A DNA stretch of 64,000 nucleotides, taken from contig JAGIQG010000009.1 of NCBI GenBank assembly GCA_024679065.1, positions 65,224,001 to 65,288,000 of the forward strand, given 5' to 3'. Position 1 is the first letter of the stretch. Each line of letters begins with the position of its first letter. Source of the DNA: Sphyrna mokarran (Eukaryota). This document shows positions 1 to 13,330 of this stretch, in pieces. The notes below the pieces were generated by a model. It was not told the origin of the DNA, searched no databases, and saw only the letters and a program-made list of their open reading frames with translations. A program made the translations under genes and the position numbers.

Positions 1-1056
1 AGTACTAACAATCAGAGCACAATGAGAAATATTTGGAAAGAGGCTGCTCAAGTATACAAGATTCATACAGTAAATTCAAGCACCGCACTTTCTCCTCCTG
101 ATGTAACTGGATTAGGGGATGTATTGAATGCTAATGGAACCATGTACAGCAAGAAAAGAACAGGGTATATACCCCATCACCAGTATAAGTATATCATTAA
201 TGAACCAAACAAATGTGAAGGACAAAACCCATTCTTAATTATGTTGATTGCAGCTGAACCTGACCAAATTGAAGCTCGACATGCCATTAGGCAAACCTGG
301 GGAAATGAAAGCATCGCCCCTGGATTACATATGATACATCTTTTTCTCCTAGGTTTTAGAAAGGCTAGTGGGAACTTTCAACAAACTTTACTGGAAGAAA
401 GCAGACAATATCATGATATTATTCAACAAGACTTTCTGGATACATATTACAATCTGACTATTAAAACTTTGATGGGAATGAACTGGGTCGCAACATATTG
501 CCCACATGCCCGGTATGTTATGAAGACTGACAGTGATATGTTTGTGAACACAGAGTATTTAATAAACAAACTGTTAAAGCCTGTGCATCCTCCACGTCAC
601 AACTATTTCACTGGATATCTGATGCGTGGTTATTCCCCAAACCGTAACAAGGATAGCAAATGGTACATGCCTCCAGAGCTCTACCCCAGTGAGCGCTATC
701 CAGTTTTCTGTTCAGGCACTGGTTATGTTTTCTCTGGGGACTTAGCAGAAAAGATTTTTAAAGTTTCTTTGAGCATCCGGCGTTTGCACTTAGAAGATGT
801 CTATGTTGGAATTTGTCTTGCCAAACTGAGAATTGACCCAGTGCCACCACCCAATGAGTTCCTCTTCAATCACTGGCGAGTTTCTTATTCCAGCTGTAAA
901 TATAGCCATTTAATTACCTCCCATCAGTTCCAGCCCAGTGACTTAATCAAATACTGGAATCACTTGCAGCAAAACAAGCACAACGCCTGTGCCAGCATGG
1001 CAAAAGAGAAAGGCTACAGAGGACATGGCAAGTATCGCATAAAGAAAGTGCACTGA
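1..1056 (+). CDS. B3GALT2: Beta-1,3-galactosyltransferase 2, 5'-truncated by the window edge; nested antisense in CDC73 intron 10
   Basis: The frame is open from base 1 (STNNQST-MRNIWKE...), so the true start lies upstream. GT31 motifs are present: AIRQTWG, DTYYNLTIKTLM, KTDSD (DxD), EDVYVG. The C-terminus KYWNHLQQNKHNAC matches vertebrate B3GALT2 as recalled. Stop TGA at 1054-1056. Nesting in CDC73 matches the known vertebrate arrangement. Confidence 0.97.
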   Translation, partial: STNNQSTMRNIWKEAAQVYKIHTVNSSTALSPPDVTGLGDVLNANGTMYSKKRTGYIPHHQYKYIINEPNKCEGQNPFLIMLIAAEPDQIEARHAIRQTWGNESIAPGLHMIHLFLLGFRKASGNFQQTLLEESRQYHDIIQQDFLDTYYNLTIKTLMGMNWVATYCPHARYVMKTDSDMFVNTEYLINKLLKPVHPPRHNYFTGYLMRGYSPNRNKDSKWYMPPELYPSERYPVFCSGTGYVFSGDLAEKIFKVSLSIRRLHLEDVYVGICLAKLRIDPVPPPNEFLFNHWRVSYSSCKYSHLITSHQFQPSDLIKYWNHLQQNKHNACASMAKEKGYRGHGKYRIKKVH

Positions 1057-2610
1057 TGACAATTCTGAATCCAAGATACCCAATCTTCACTGTATTGTAT
1101 ATTAATTCTCCAAGCATGTGTAAAGACTATGTATGAAGCCAATGCAACATTCCAACACTTACAAAACCATTACCTGGATTTGCATTTTTTTTTATTCTTA
1201 ATTTAAAAGTTAGCCTCTCAGAAAAAGTCATAAGCATACAATGGCAGTACATGTTGTGAAGTTTATCTGCTTTTGGAGTTCTTAGTTGACTGAGTGTCTA
1301 TATATACCAAACTTGAATTTTATTTTAAGCAATGCAAAGCAATGAACCTCAGTGAACTATTCTTACTGTTTAATTGTGGCAACAATAGATAATCTTGAAA
1401 TAGAGCGTGGTTCCAAATTTTGTTGATAGCTGTACAAGTTGATCTGTGTCAAGTTTTGTTCAATCTTGTTGATAGAAATTATTTAAGGAATGTCACTTGA
1501 GAACAATAAATTAGAATGATTTTGTAAAACTACATTGTTTAAAACCAACACTGAAAATTTCTAAAATGCAGAATTATTTGCCAAATTACAATACTTCTGT
1601 TATAAAGGTAGAATGTTTAATGAATCAAAAAGAACATTCATAGAATGGTGTGTATGAAAGATTGATTTGTGAATGGAATGCCTCTTTCCTCGAATACAGG
1701 CCTGAATGGAGAAAGTTTAGAATATAATGATGCAACTTTTATCTAATCTAGAATGTTAGTTCGCCAACTTTTTTTTTTGAGGGGAACTTACTTTTCCAGA
1801 TTGACTTCAATTGTATGTTCCTCCACAAAACCATTCATAATTATGTTCACACTATTTCTGACCATCTTTTTGTGGTATACTTTGTTTACAGGAAGAAGTG
1901 GAAAACTACTTCAAAAAAACTTGTCTATTTACTGAAACAACTGATTTTCCTCAGCTCCCCTTGTGCACCCCCTCCCCAGCTGGACAGAGATTTGGTGAAG
2001 ATCCAATAAAGCTTTATTGCTGCAATTGTTAAATAATTTGGGTGTAACAATAGACAACCAAAAGAGGGTACAAGTCTAAAAATCAATTTTTCCTTCCAAT
2101 GTTCCTACCTTGCTGTCAACCATGGTACTTTCTTTTTTGTATTGAAAGTTTCATTGTGCAATATTGCTTTCTGCTGTAAATTTATCAAGATCATTGTACA
2201 GCTCCAAAAAAAAAAAGAAAGATAACTTTGAAGCTTGGAAACCCATTATTAAATCAATACTGAAAACATGTGTTTGATGATAGTATTAAAGTAATTCTGG
2301 AATGCAACTGAAATGTGTGTCATAAACTGAAATGCATCTTGAATACTTTGGATCTATTTTTATATAATATACAAATCTAATTTCTCATAATTCAAACATA
2401 AACATGATGGTAGTGTGGTTGACCTTCATTTCACATACTCGCCACATCGAAGCATCTCTTATTTATTAAGAAAATCTAAGCTAAAGATGATCTGTGGTAT
2501 AACATAAATATCACCAGTTTGCTTTAGAGTTTTGGCATATTTAAATGTTCTTTTTTAAATGAGATCTTTGCAAAATCTGAAACAGAATAAACCTTTGAAT
2601 AAATGCAACA
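1057..2610 (+). other. B3GALT2: Probable B3GALT2 3' UTR with candidate poly(A) signals
   Basis: AT-rich region with no recognisable TE. AATAAA at 1505, 2005, 2586 and 2598; ATTAAA at 2248 and 2285. The site actually used is unknown. Confidence 0.6.
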
Positions 2611-2879
2611 CATCATTCTAAGCAACATTTATAATATTGACTTAGAAATGCTTGAAAAATGCCCAAGTAATAAGTACAGCACTCCAACACAGGATGACAT
2701 TATCCCAGTTTGTACAAAACTAAATTCTATACCTATATGTGAACTTCAGCTCCTCCTAACTCTGCTGTCCTTTTTCTATCTCGAAGTCCCACTAAATATT
2801 AACACATTTTGGCTCCACACCACCTCAAAGACATTTTATATCCTTGTCTTCAAAATGCTCACTTGGCTTATTCTTTCTG

Positions 2880-3400
2880 ATCCCAGTAACTTTAGCCAAT
2901 AGCACAAATATTCTACAACTCTCTGCACCTCCAACAATGGTCTCCAACACAACACAGCTTCCCCACCTTATTTTGGCCTATTCTTGGTGGCCATGCTTTC
3001 ACTCACTTAGGCTACATGTTCTAGAATTCTCTCCCTAAAACCTTTCCACTACTCTCCTGTTTTGATACAGTACCTGAAGTCCACCGATCCGGCCAATTTT
3101 TGGTCACTTGTCTCTTCCCCAGAATGTAATGGAAGCTAAATTTATGAATTTATTTAAGGCAGAGTTAAACAGACTTCTGTTAGGTAAGGGAGTGAAGGGT
3201 TAGGGAATGCAGACAGGAAAGTGGAGTTGAGACCACAACCAGATCAGCTATGATGTCACTGAATGCTAGAGTAGACTAGGAGGGCTAAATGGTCTACTCC
3301 TTCTCTGATGTTTCTAATACTACTTCAACTCAGCAATCTTCATTTGCCATATGTGAAGTGCCTTTGTTATGTTAAAAGTAACACACAAATGCAAGTTGGT
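2880..3400 (+). mobile_element. L2 LINE 3' remnant interrupted by a CR1 3' fragment (~3115-3320)
   Basis: L2-type tail 'gtgaagtgcctttgttatgttaaaag...aaatgcaagttg'; the CR1 piece ends 'gagggctaaatggtctactcc'. Confidence 0.6.
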
Positions 3401-5682
3401 GACTCAATTTAACTACACAATTGTCAGAATCATAAAATGCTCATTAGGATAGAAGACATAAATAACAAATCATTTGGTTCTGAAACCTAACTTAAGCTGC
3501 AGTTAAGCTAAAAACAGAAAACCTGCTTAACAATTCCATCAAAACAGGTTAGTTTTTCTTCACAAAAAATTACTTTCCAAAGGCTAGATAGATGGGATGG
3601 CACTAAACGTTACCGTCTGCTAGCTGAGTTAGCTGATATCAACAGGTATTGCCTCAAGCACCATTAATCTACAGCACCCATTTTCTTCTTTTTTTAATGT
3701 GGAGCATCCCCTGCAAATGTTAAACTCCTCTCTAACATCCTTTTTTTTAAATTCTGGCGTGCTTTCAGAAAACTACTTCTCAGCAAACTGCAACAAATAC
3801 AATGTGTCAGTGAAATAAAATGCACTTGAGACACACAATGTGAAGTACACAAAAGACAGAAGTTTAACGTTCATATAACACAAATCCAAGAAGGGGACAG
3901 AGATAGGAATCAGAACAAATTACAGCCAAAATTTCTCCTCCTAACTGCTGCGGCAAGTACAAACATGGACAGAAGAAAACCTGAAGCAGATTTATCTGCA
4001 ATTCATCTCCCTATTCGCTTATATACAAACCTGACAACTAAAATCTCAAATCAGAAAGGGTGGGGACAAGAAAGAGAAACTAACTCTCCAGGACAAGTCT
4101 TCAAAGCAAATCAGTATAACTCTAACTAATATTTCATAATGTTTATGACTTTTTAGTTTTCCTCTTAATTGCTTTTCTGTTTACTAACGCTACAACAATT
4201 ATTGAAAGATGTCAATAGCTAACAGCCACGATGTACAAAGAGCTTTCCACAGAAACCACAAATTTCAACTAATTTTCAGTATTTTCTAATTACTAATTGT
4301 AATAGTACCAAATTGTGATCTTGCTGGCTGATATTCTTGAATGTGCAAAGATCCTGCAGGATCAGAAAGATTCAACAGATAAAATGACATCCAATAACTC
4401 AATGTGCTTTGTGACTACAAAATTGGCATAAGATTTTTTTTTGCTGCCAAAAGATTGAGAATTTAAAGTACATAAAAAAATCTTTATCAGCATGCACAGA
4501 GAATGGATGGTACTGATTAACAGAGTTCTATTACCAATGGAATAGTCAGTTATCTATAGCTTGAACTTTTTAAGCCTAAAGTAGAACTAATATGCAATCA
4601 CTCAGGAAGCAGTATTCTTTTACTATTAATCTCCAATTGTACTTTAAAACAGTTTAAAATATTACACTACACAGAGACTCAAGAGAACCAATCCTCAGCA
4701 CCCTTTACAAACCATTCCTGAAGACCCACAGAATGAGCCCGAATACAAGCCTTGGATTTTGTACTGAATAAATCCCTGGTGTCAGCTACGCAAAGGCAAC
4801 CCAATTAGTACTCACCACTAACAGGATGCTACTGTTAAGCAAAGAGACGTTTTACGTGTCACACCAATAAGTACTATTGCATACACAAGGCCATTAGTCC
4901 AAAGATTGGCAAGATCATGTCAAACAGCATGTCCCAGTTTGCAATGAGCAAGGTACAAATCATCTTGGATTTGCAAAATTCAAAGCAGAATTTCCAACAT
5001 TAGATCTGATTATGAGACCAGACAACATTTGCTAAAAAATCATTACTGTTAAAAATTACACTGACAACCAATTTAACTTGTCAGCTGAGCTGCTCATGGC
5101 CCTATATATATATATACTGGTAGCAACATATATTAATATACAGGGCCCTGTTCTTTGCAGAAAGAAAGAACATGTATATACATTGCAGCTGTTTCAATGA
5201 AACAAAACAAGTCATGGCTGTTCACTGATTGATTCTTCAGGACAATGCCTTGGCCCAACATGGTCATCCTGCCTTGTTTAAATTTCAAATGATACTTGCC
5301 AAATAACTGTCAGTCACCATAAAGTGGTGCATTCTGTATGCCACAACTCTACTAACCAGAATCCTATTACTAACCAATCAGCATTCTATTCTCAGACGGT
5401 ATAAATTGTTGTTTTCCCTTACTTTGGTATTCTTGGAGTGCCCTAGTTAATGCAAGACAAAAAACTTCAACGTCTTTTTACAGGCACAGTGAAGCTCTGA
5501 ACCACTATGACTTAATCTGTTCAGTAAAGACTATTACAGCTTCCCCACCAGGAAGGGTTTACACATGAACATTGTGAAAATAGCCTGACAATTTTCACAA
5601 AGTTGATTATTCTGTCATCAGATTAAAATTTGGTTAACTGAAGAGAAATCATTCAAAATATTTCACCAGTATATTTCACCAG

Positions 5683-6758
5683 TGATTTAGCTAATTGGAT
5701 CAGGAATTGGCTAGCTGATAGAAGACAGAGGGTGGTAGTTGATGGAAATTATTCATCATGGAGTTCGGTTACAAGTAGTGTACCTCAGGGATCTGTTTTG
5801 GGGCCCCTGCTGTTTGTAATTTTTATAAATGATCTGGATGAGGGTATTGAAAGATGGATTAGTAAATTTGCAGATGACACCAAAGTCGGAGGAGTGGTAG
5901 ATAGTGAAGAGGGGTGTTCTTGTTTGCAGAGAGACTTGGACAAGTTGCAGAGCTGGACCGAGAGGTGGCAAATGGAGTTTAATGCGGAAAAGTGTGAGGT
6001 AATTCATTTTGGCAGGAATAACAAATGTATAGAGTATAGGGCTAATGGTAGGACTCTTAATAGTATTGATGAACAGAGGGATCTTGGTGTATATGTGCAT
6101 AGATCCCTGAAAGTTGGCAATCAAGTCGATAAGGTTGTTAAGAAGGCATATGGAGTCTTAGCTTTTATTGGTAGGGGGATTGAATTTCGGAGCCGCAACG
6201 TCATGTTGCAACTGTACAAAACTCTAGTGCGGCCGCACTTGGAGTATTGTGTGCAGTTCTGGTCCCCGCATTATAAGAAAGATGTGGAGGCATTGGAGAG
6301 GGTACAGAGGAGGTTTACCAGGATGTTGCCTGGTATGGAGGGCAGGTCTTATGAAGAGAGGCTGAGGGATTTGAGGTTGTTTTCGTTAGAAAGAAGGCGG
6401 CTAAGAGGAGACTTATTGAAACATATAAGATGATTAGAGGTTTAGATAGTGTGGACAGTGATAGCCTTTTTCCTAGGATGGAGAAAGCTAGCACGAGGGG
6501 ACATAGCTTTAAATTAAGGGGTGGTAGTTATAGGACGGATGTCAGAGGTAGGTTCTTTACCCAGAGGGTGGTAAGGTTATGGAATGCCCTGCCTGCTGCA
6601 GTTGTAGATGCGCCAAGTTTGGGGGCGTTTAAGAGGTTAGTAGATAAGTTTATGGATGAAAAGGGAATGGTTTAGGTTAGAGGGTCATTGCTTTTTTTTA
6701 ATTGGTTGGCGCAACATCGAAGGCCAAAGGGCCTGTTCTGCGCTGTAATGTTCTATGA
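5683..6758 (+). mobile_element. Young 5'-truncated CR1 LINE (RT C-terminal part and 3' UTR)
   Basis: ORFs 5732-6433 and 6430-6675 contain [16 protein letters not shown] and [13 protein letters not shown], with only one frameshift near 6415. CR1 tail 'aagggcctgttctgcgctgtaatgttctatg'. A 13-bp tandem duplication (atatttcaccagt x2) sits at the 5' junction. Confidence 0.95.
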
Positions 6759-7169
6759 TAGGACAGACAAACTTCAAAATCATAATTTAGACTAAGAGCA
6801 ATACCACAACTGAATCGTATTTTCAAAAGGAAGACCAACAAGTTAAACAAATATAACCACTGTGTGACATTTGAGATTTTTGTTTAAGAGGCTAATATAG
6901 CATAAATTGGAGTTCAAAGCTGGTTAGCAGAAATGTAATGAAGCAATGATTGGTAGAAAGCTATAGATAGTTGTTCCTGTATAGTTCAGGTATATTCCTA
7001 CAAGGGATAAAAAGAAAGCAATAATAGCTAGAGCACTCAATGACAAAACAATAAGACGGTAGGAGCGGATAGAAAAGAGTGCAAAATAAATTTCAGTGGA
7101 TAACAAAGGGTGAACCAAGCTGAATATAAAAAAGTATAGAGGACAAGTGAAAACAGAAATAAGAGACTC

Positions 7170-7605
7170 ACTAGTTTGTGGCAGGACTGCAGAGCTCGAC
7201 CTGATCCATTGGTTGTGGAGTCATTTAGTTTTGTCCACTGCATGCTGCTTACATTGTTTCACATTCTAGTTGTCCTGTGTTGCTGCTTCACCAGTTGACA
7301 CCTCATATTTAGGAATGCCTGGTGTTGCTCCTGGCATGTCCTTCTATATAATTCAATGAACTAGGACTTGATTGTAATTTAGCATGGTAGTAGTGCCACA
7401 CAACACAATGGAGAGTATCCTTACAGTGAAGACAGGACTTCATCTCCACAGGCACTGTGCAGCGGTCAATCCTACAATTACTATCATGGACAGATATGTC
7501 TGTGACAGGTAAATTGGATAAAATGAGGTAGATATGTTTTTTCCAATACTTGGTCCATTCACTACCTGCCACAAGCCCAACCTAGCAACAATGCCCTTTA
7601 GGACT
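7170..7605 (-). mobile_element. Old non-LTR retrotransposon fragment (same family as 25900-26885 and 63045-64000)
   Basis: Shares blocks such as 'ttgctgcttcaccagttgacac...atgcctggtg...cctggcatg' with 63500-63590. Confidence 0.65.
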
Positions 7606-10100
7606 TAGCATAGCATAGAGGTTTATAGCATTGAAACAGGCCCTTTGGCCCAACTTGTTCATGCTGTACTTTTTTAAAAAACCCTTAAGCTAATCCCAAT
7701 TGCCTGCATTTGGCCTATATCCCTCCATACCCATATAAATGCTTTTTAGAAGATAAAATTGTACCCACCTCTGCTACTACCTCTGGCAGCTTGTTCTCGA
7801 TGCTCAGCATCCTCTGTGTGAAAAAAGTCTCTCTCTGGACACTTTTGTATCTCTCCTCTCTCACTTTAAACTTAGCCCTCCAGTTTTAGACTCCCCTACC
7901 TTTGGGAAAAGATGTTGACTATCTACTTTGTCTATGCCCCTCATTATTTTATAGACCTCTATAATGTCACTCCTCAGTCTCCTACGTTCCAAAAAGCCAG
8001 TCCCAGTCTATTCAGCCTCTCCTTATAACTCAATCCATCAAGTCCCGGTAGCATCTTAGTAAATCTTTTCTACACTCTTTTTAGCTTAATAATATCCTTT
8101 CTATAAGAGGGTGACCAGAATTGCACACAGTATTCCAAATGTGGCCTTACCCAATGGCTTATACAACTTCAACAAGCCATCCCAACTCCTGTATTCAATG
8201 TTCTGATTGATGAAACCAAACATGTCAAATGCCTCCTTCACTACTCTGGCCTCCTTCACTACTCTCACATTTATCTAAATTAAACTCCATCTGCCATTCA
8301 TCAGCCCACTGGCTCAATTGATCAAGATCCCTTTGCAATTCGAGATAACTTTCTTCACTATGCCATCAATCTTGGTGTCATCTGCAAACTTACTAACCAT
8401 GTCCTCTTTATTCTCACCCAAATTATTAACATAAATGACAAACAACAGTGAGCCCAGCACTGATCCCCGAGGCACCGCTGGTCACGGGCCTCCAGTTTCA
8501 AAAAGAAGCCAATTTTGTATCCATTTAGATACCTCATCCTGGATCCTGTGAGATTTAATTTTATGCAACAACCTTCCATGCAGTATTTTGTCAAAGACCT
8601 TGCTAAAGTCCACATAGATAATATCAATTGTACTGCCTTCATCTACCTTCGTGGCTACTCCTTCAAAAAACTCAATCAAATTTAAGAGACATGATTTTAC
8701 ACTCACTAAGCCATGCTGATTGTCCCTAATCAGTCCTTGCATCTCTAAATCCCTGCAGATCTTGTGTCTTAAAATACCTTCCAACAATTTACCACCACAG
8801 ATGTGAGACTCACTGGCCTGTAGTTCCCAGGCTTTACCCTGCAGCCTTTTTAAGCAAAGACGCAACATTTGCCATTCTCCAATCTTCAGGCACCTCACCC
8901 ATGACCATCGATGATTCAAATATGTTGACTAGGGGCCCTGCAATTTCCTCCCTAGCCTCGCATTACATCCTAGGATATACTGTGGGGTTTATCTATCTTG
9001 ATGCGCTTTAAGACTTCCAGTACCTGCCTTTATAAAATGGACACTGCTCAAGACATCACTATTTATTTCCCCAAGTTCCCTAACATCCACGCTTTTCTCA
9101 GTAGTAAATACTGACGACGGATATTCATTTATAATCTCATCCACCTCTTGTGGACCGCATGTAGACGTCCTTGTTGATCCTGAAGAGGCTCTACTCTCTC
9201 CCTTCTTGCTCTTTTGCCCTTTATATATTTGTAAAAGCTCTTTGGATTCTCCTTTACCTCATCTGCCAAAACAATTCCATGTCTCTTCTTGCCCTCCCGA
9301 TTTCTCTCTTAACTTTACTTCTACATCAACAAATTCACTTGATCCCAGTTGCCTATGCATGTCATGTGTCTCTTTCTTCTTGACCAGGGCCTCAATATCT
9401 AGGGTTCCTGACTTCTGCCAGCCTTGCCCTTTACTCTAAATGGAATGCATTTATCCTGAACCTTAGTTAACACGTTTTTGAAAGCATGCCACTTACCAGA
9501 CATCCCTTTGCCTTCCCACAGACTCCCTGAATTAACTTTTGAAATTTCCTGCCTGATATCATCAAAACTGGCCTCACCCCAATTTAGAATTTTAAGTTTT
9601 GGAATAGACCTATCATTCTCCATAGCTATCTTAAAACTAATAAAATTATGGTCACTGGTCCCAAAGTGATCCCTCATTAACACATCTGTTGCCTGCCCTT
9701 CCTTATTTCCCACGAGAAGGTGAAGTTTTGCCCCCTGCCCCCTCTCGTCAGGCCATCCATATACTGAATAGAAATTCCTCCTAAATACACTCAACAAATT
9801 TCTTTCCATCTAACCCTCTAATACTAAAGCTGCCCCAGTCAATATTGGAAAAATTAAAATCTCTGACTATTACCACCCTATTTTTCTTGGAGCTATCTGT
9901 AATCTCCTTACATATTTGCTCCTCACTTCCGTGCTGACCATTTGGGGACCTACAGTACAACCCTATCAAAGTGATTTCCTTCTCCTTATTTCTCAGTTCT
10001 ACCCATACTCAGTGGCCGAACCCTCAGATATATCCCCTCACAGTATGGCTAATCAAAAGTGCAATTGTCCCTCCTCTCTTACCTCACTTCCATTTCCAGC
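7606..10100 (-). mobile_element. Degenerate CR1 LINE (~2.5 kb: endonuclease end, RT, 3' UTR)
   Basis: Minus-strand ORF fragments read DNQHG...CLLNLIEFFE...YVDFSKVFDK, FGTSDHN and VIVRDFNFSNIDW; CR1 tail near 7610. Confidence 0.92.
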
Positions 10101-11779
10101 ACCCACTCGACGCTGAAAACATGCACAAAAGATGGGGGAGGGGATATAAAATCCATCACTTAGTCTAACTAAACATGCAAATATGGAAGAGGTGATGGTG
10201 AAACGGCAGCAAAACTGAATGCGTTAACAAATTATCAAGTCCATAAAAAAGCAAATGCTTTATGACCTCCCTTGTTAACACTTCTGATATTTCTTTTCCC
10301 ATTTTCAGAGATTTACTTGAAACCTACCTTTTTGGCCAAATTTCTAATTCTCTCACCATAGCTCATTTTTAAAACGATTGCTGTAAAGCTTCTTTTGATA
10401 CGTTTTTATACCAATGGCAGAATACGAGAACTTGAAACAAGTAGATTTTAAAATTGAAATGCTTTCAGTAACTTATCTACAAAAATTGCCTGACAATATT
10501 TTGCCACACTTTGTTCTATAATGTTCCATTCTTCTCAATTTAGATAATTGAGTGACAGCACTCAAAAGAAAAGATGTTGCAACACCAACACAAGGTAATG
10601 TTACAGTGAACATTTTAAATTTTGTTTAATCCTATGTGGCTAGGGAGCAGTCAGGTGGTTGATAAGAAACACTGGAATATTTAGAAGAGGGAATACATTT
10701 TTAAATGTCTGCTTCTTTTAATGCACTTCTGTGGACAAATATAGATACAGCTTGTGTTTCATTGTGTGGTCTAGACATTGTTTTTCTTCCAAAGTATGCT
10801 GCTCAAGTCTGTAGTTTCCAAAACTTATTCTTTACTGATAGGAAAATTTGACCTAATTGGACCTCTGTATGAGTTTGGAATTTCTTCCTGCTTCCAGATC
10901 TCTCAATCATGTGTCATGATATCATTATTACATCAGCATCATATATCTAATGTTAATCTTAACTCTATATCTAGTCTTATTTGATTTGTCTTGTGCAGAG
11001 TTAAATCAAGTAAGTAATTTTAGGATTTAAACTATAGACTACAGGCATCTCTGTAGGTACATTTCTTTAAACACCAATCAGGATTGTTGGTGTCTCCAGT
11101 ATCAATATGTGTAACTTGTTTTCTACATGTTGAACAAAGTTTGTAAAAGAACTTTTGCACTGAGGCATGTTTGATTGTGACGTCTTAAATCTGAACTACT
11201 TAAAACCAAGTTGTTCAGCAAAATCCAAGCATAGGTCACAATCGTACAATTGTACTCTTGGTTTTAGATATTAACTATCAGAATTAGTAGATCTTGGTAC
11301 AAGATCAGCAGATGACGTTAGCTGCACAAGTCTTAAGCATTTTCCTAGGCACTGCTTCATCCAGTCTCTTGGCAGTAACTAAATTAGTACCCGTAAAAGT
11401 ATTAGGCCCCTTAGTTGCAGCATGGAATTAATTCTAATGATTGATACGGCTAAATAACTAACTGTGTCAAGACTTCTACTAAGCGCTGTACATCGTATAA
11501 AAAAATGAAAGCTTAAATAAACTTGGCAGTTTTTTTTAAATTGGAAAAAAAAACAACCACTTATTAACAGAATGCCAGCTGATGTCCAATAAAATTTTCA
11601 TTTCTTTTAAGTCATTTCATAACTGGCTTAGATTTCCTCTGTGATAAATAACCTTCAATATTGTAAAAAGAAGTCTGATCACACTAAAGGCAAACAAAGA
11701 AAACAGTGCAATTAAGTGGCTGAGATTTAAATGCCAGTTTTTTTTTCCTATTTTAAATTTGTTCATACTATTCAAATGT

Positions 11780-13330
11780 CCTCAAAAGTGCTGCTCTGCC
11801 CCAGATCTTCTCCAATTTCCCCCTTCTACTTTCTCTGAGCTCATCTTGTCCACAAATTCTTATTGCCATTATCTATGCCCATAAACTGCTGATTATCCAA
11901 CTTCTCCTCACAGTAATTGTATTAACCAATCTTGTAAACGGTTCTCTCATTAGATTTGCCCCCTCTCCTTTAAATACACTGTCACTATCACTTATCTCAT
12001 GAAAAAACAACAAATTCTTGCCCCCACTATCCTTGCAAAATACCCATCCCATCTCTGCAACTCACTCCCACCAATCTCTCCTAAGTCCTTGAACGTCCTT
12101 GTCATGTCCCAAATCAGTTTCTGTTTTTCCCAAAGCTCTACATTTGAAACACTCCAATCAGGTCTCCCCCTTGCTACATTACCAAAACACCACCTCAATT
12201 TCACAAATGACATCCAATTTAACTACGACAGAGGTAAAATTTCCTCCTTATCTTTCTCAATATGGTGCAGTGTTTAACAGAATTGATGAAGCTGTCCTTT
12301 TCCAACACCTCTGTTGTCCAGTTGGATGAAACAGTTTTCACAAGGTTCCATTCTTAATTATCTAATCATAGCCAAGAAATAATTTGCAATGGTTCTCTTG
12401 CTGTCCATGCACTATTATCTCTGGTGTTCACCCAAGGCCAATCCTTGGCCTGCCCCCACTTCTCACTACATGCTCCCCTTGGCAGCCTCATCCAAAAACA
12501 GTGTTAATTTCATACCTATTCTAACCACACTGGCTCTGCCTTAGCACTCTCTCTCTCAATTTGGCTTCAGTGTTGCTAAATTATCAAGAGAGCTTATCCA
12601 ATATCCAGTACTGGATGAGCAAACATTTCCTCTAATTGAATATAGGGAAAACAAAAGCCATTGTTTTTGATTCTTGCTCCAAGCTCTGTTCCACACCTTG
12701 GCAACAGCTTATGATTAAAATTATCAGTTCACAAATTCAATGACATGTTTGAACCTGAGGTGGGCAAACCTCATATCTGCGTGATGGTTAAGATCACCTG
12801 CTACTACCTTCATACTATTGTCCATTTTGGCCAGTCTCTGCCCATTGGCTGCTGAAACCCTCACTCATGTTATTATATCATTTGTAAACTTGTGATCACC
12901 CAAAATTCTGATGGCTGTGCAATAACCTGTGCCAAATCCCATTCTCCTATTAATCCTGTGCTTGTTAACCTACAGTGACTCCTGGTCAAGCACTAACTTG
13001 ATTTTAAAATTCTCATCTTTGTTTCCAAATTCCTCTTTGGTCTCGCCATTCCTATTTCTATAATTTCCTCCAGCCCCAGAATTCTCTGAACATCTACATT
13101 CCTTTAATTCTGACTTCTTGTGCATCTCCAATTTTAATTGCTTCACCATCAGTGGCCGCATCTCCAGTTTTCTAGACACCAATCTATGGAATACCTCACT
13201 ACAGGTCTCTACTTTGCGTTCTTCCTATAAAACCTTCCTCTCTGACCAACCTCTTAACCACCTCTCACAACTCCTACGCCTGTGAAGTGCCTTGGGACAA
13301 CAGGCCGGTATGAATCTAAGCTATTATCAC
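11780..13330 (+). mobile_element. Degenerate L2 LINE
   Basis: Remnants 'LQSG' and 'ggtgttcacccaaggccaatccttggcc' (GVPQGSILGP), 'tttaaaattctcatc', and tail 'gtgaagtgccttggga'. Confidence 0.8.

Noticed and set aside
22-24. ATG at 22 as the B3GALT2 start codon
   Set aside because: The frame is open to base 1 and the N-terminal cytoplasmic/transmembrane segment is missing, so the real start is upstream of the window.
5170-5500. CCAAT/TATA-like promoter (ccaatcagc...ggtataaat)
   Set aside because: Looks like a decayed retroelement terminal repeat; there is no downstream gene or CpG island.
5756-6124. 122-aa minus-strand ORF (likewise 53162-53575)
   Set aside because: Antisense shadow of CR1 RT sequence.
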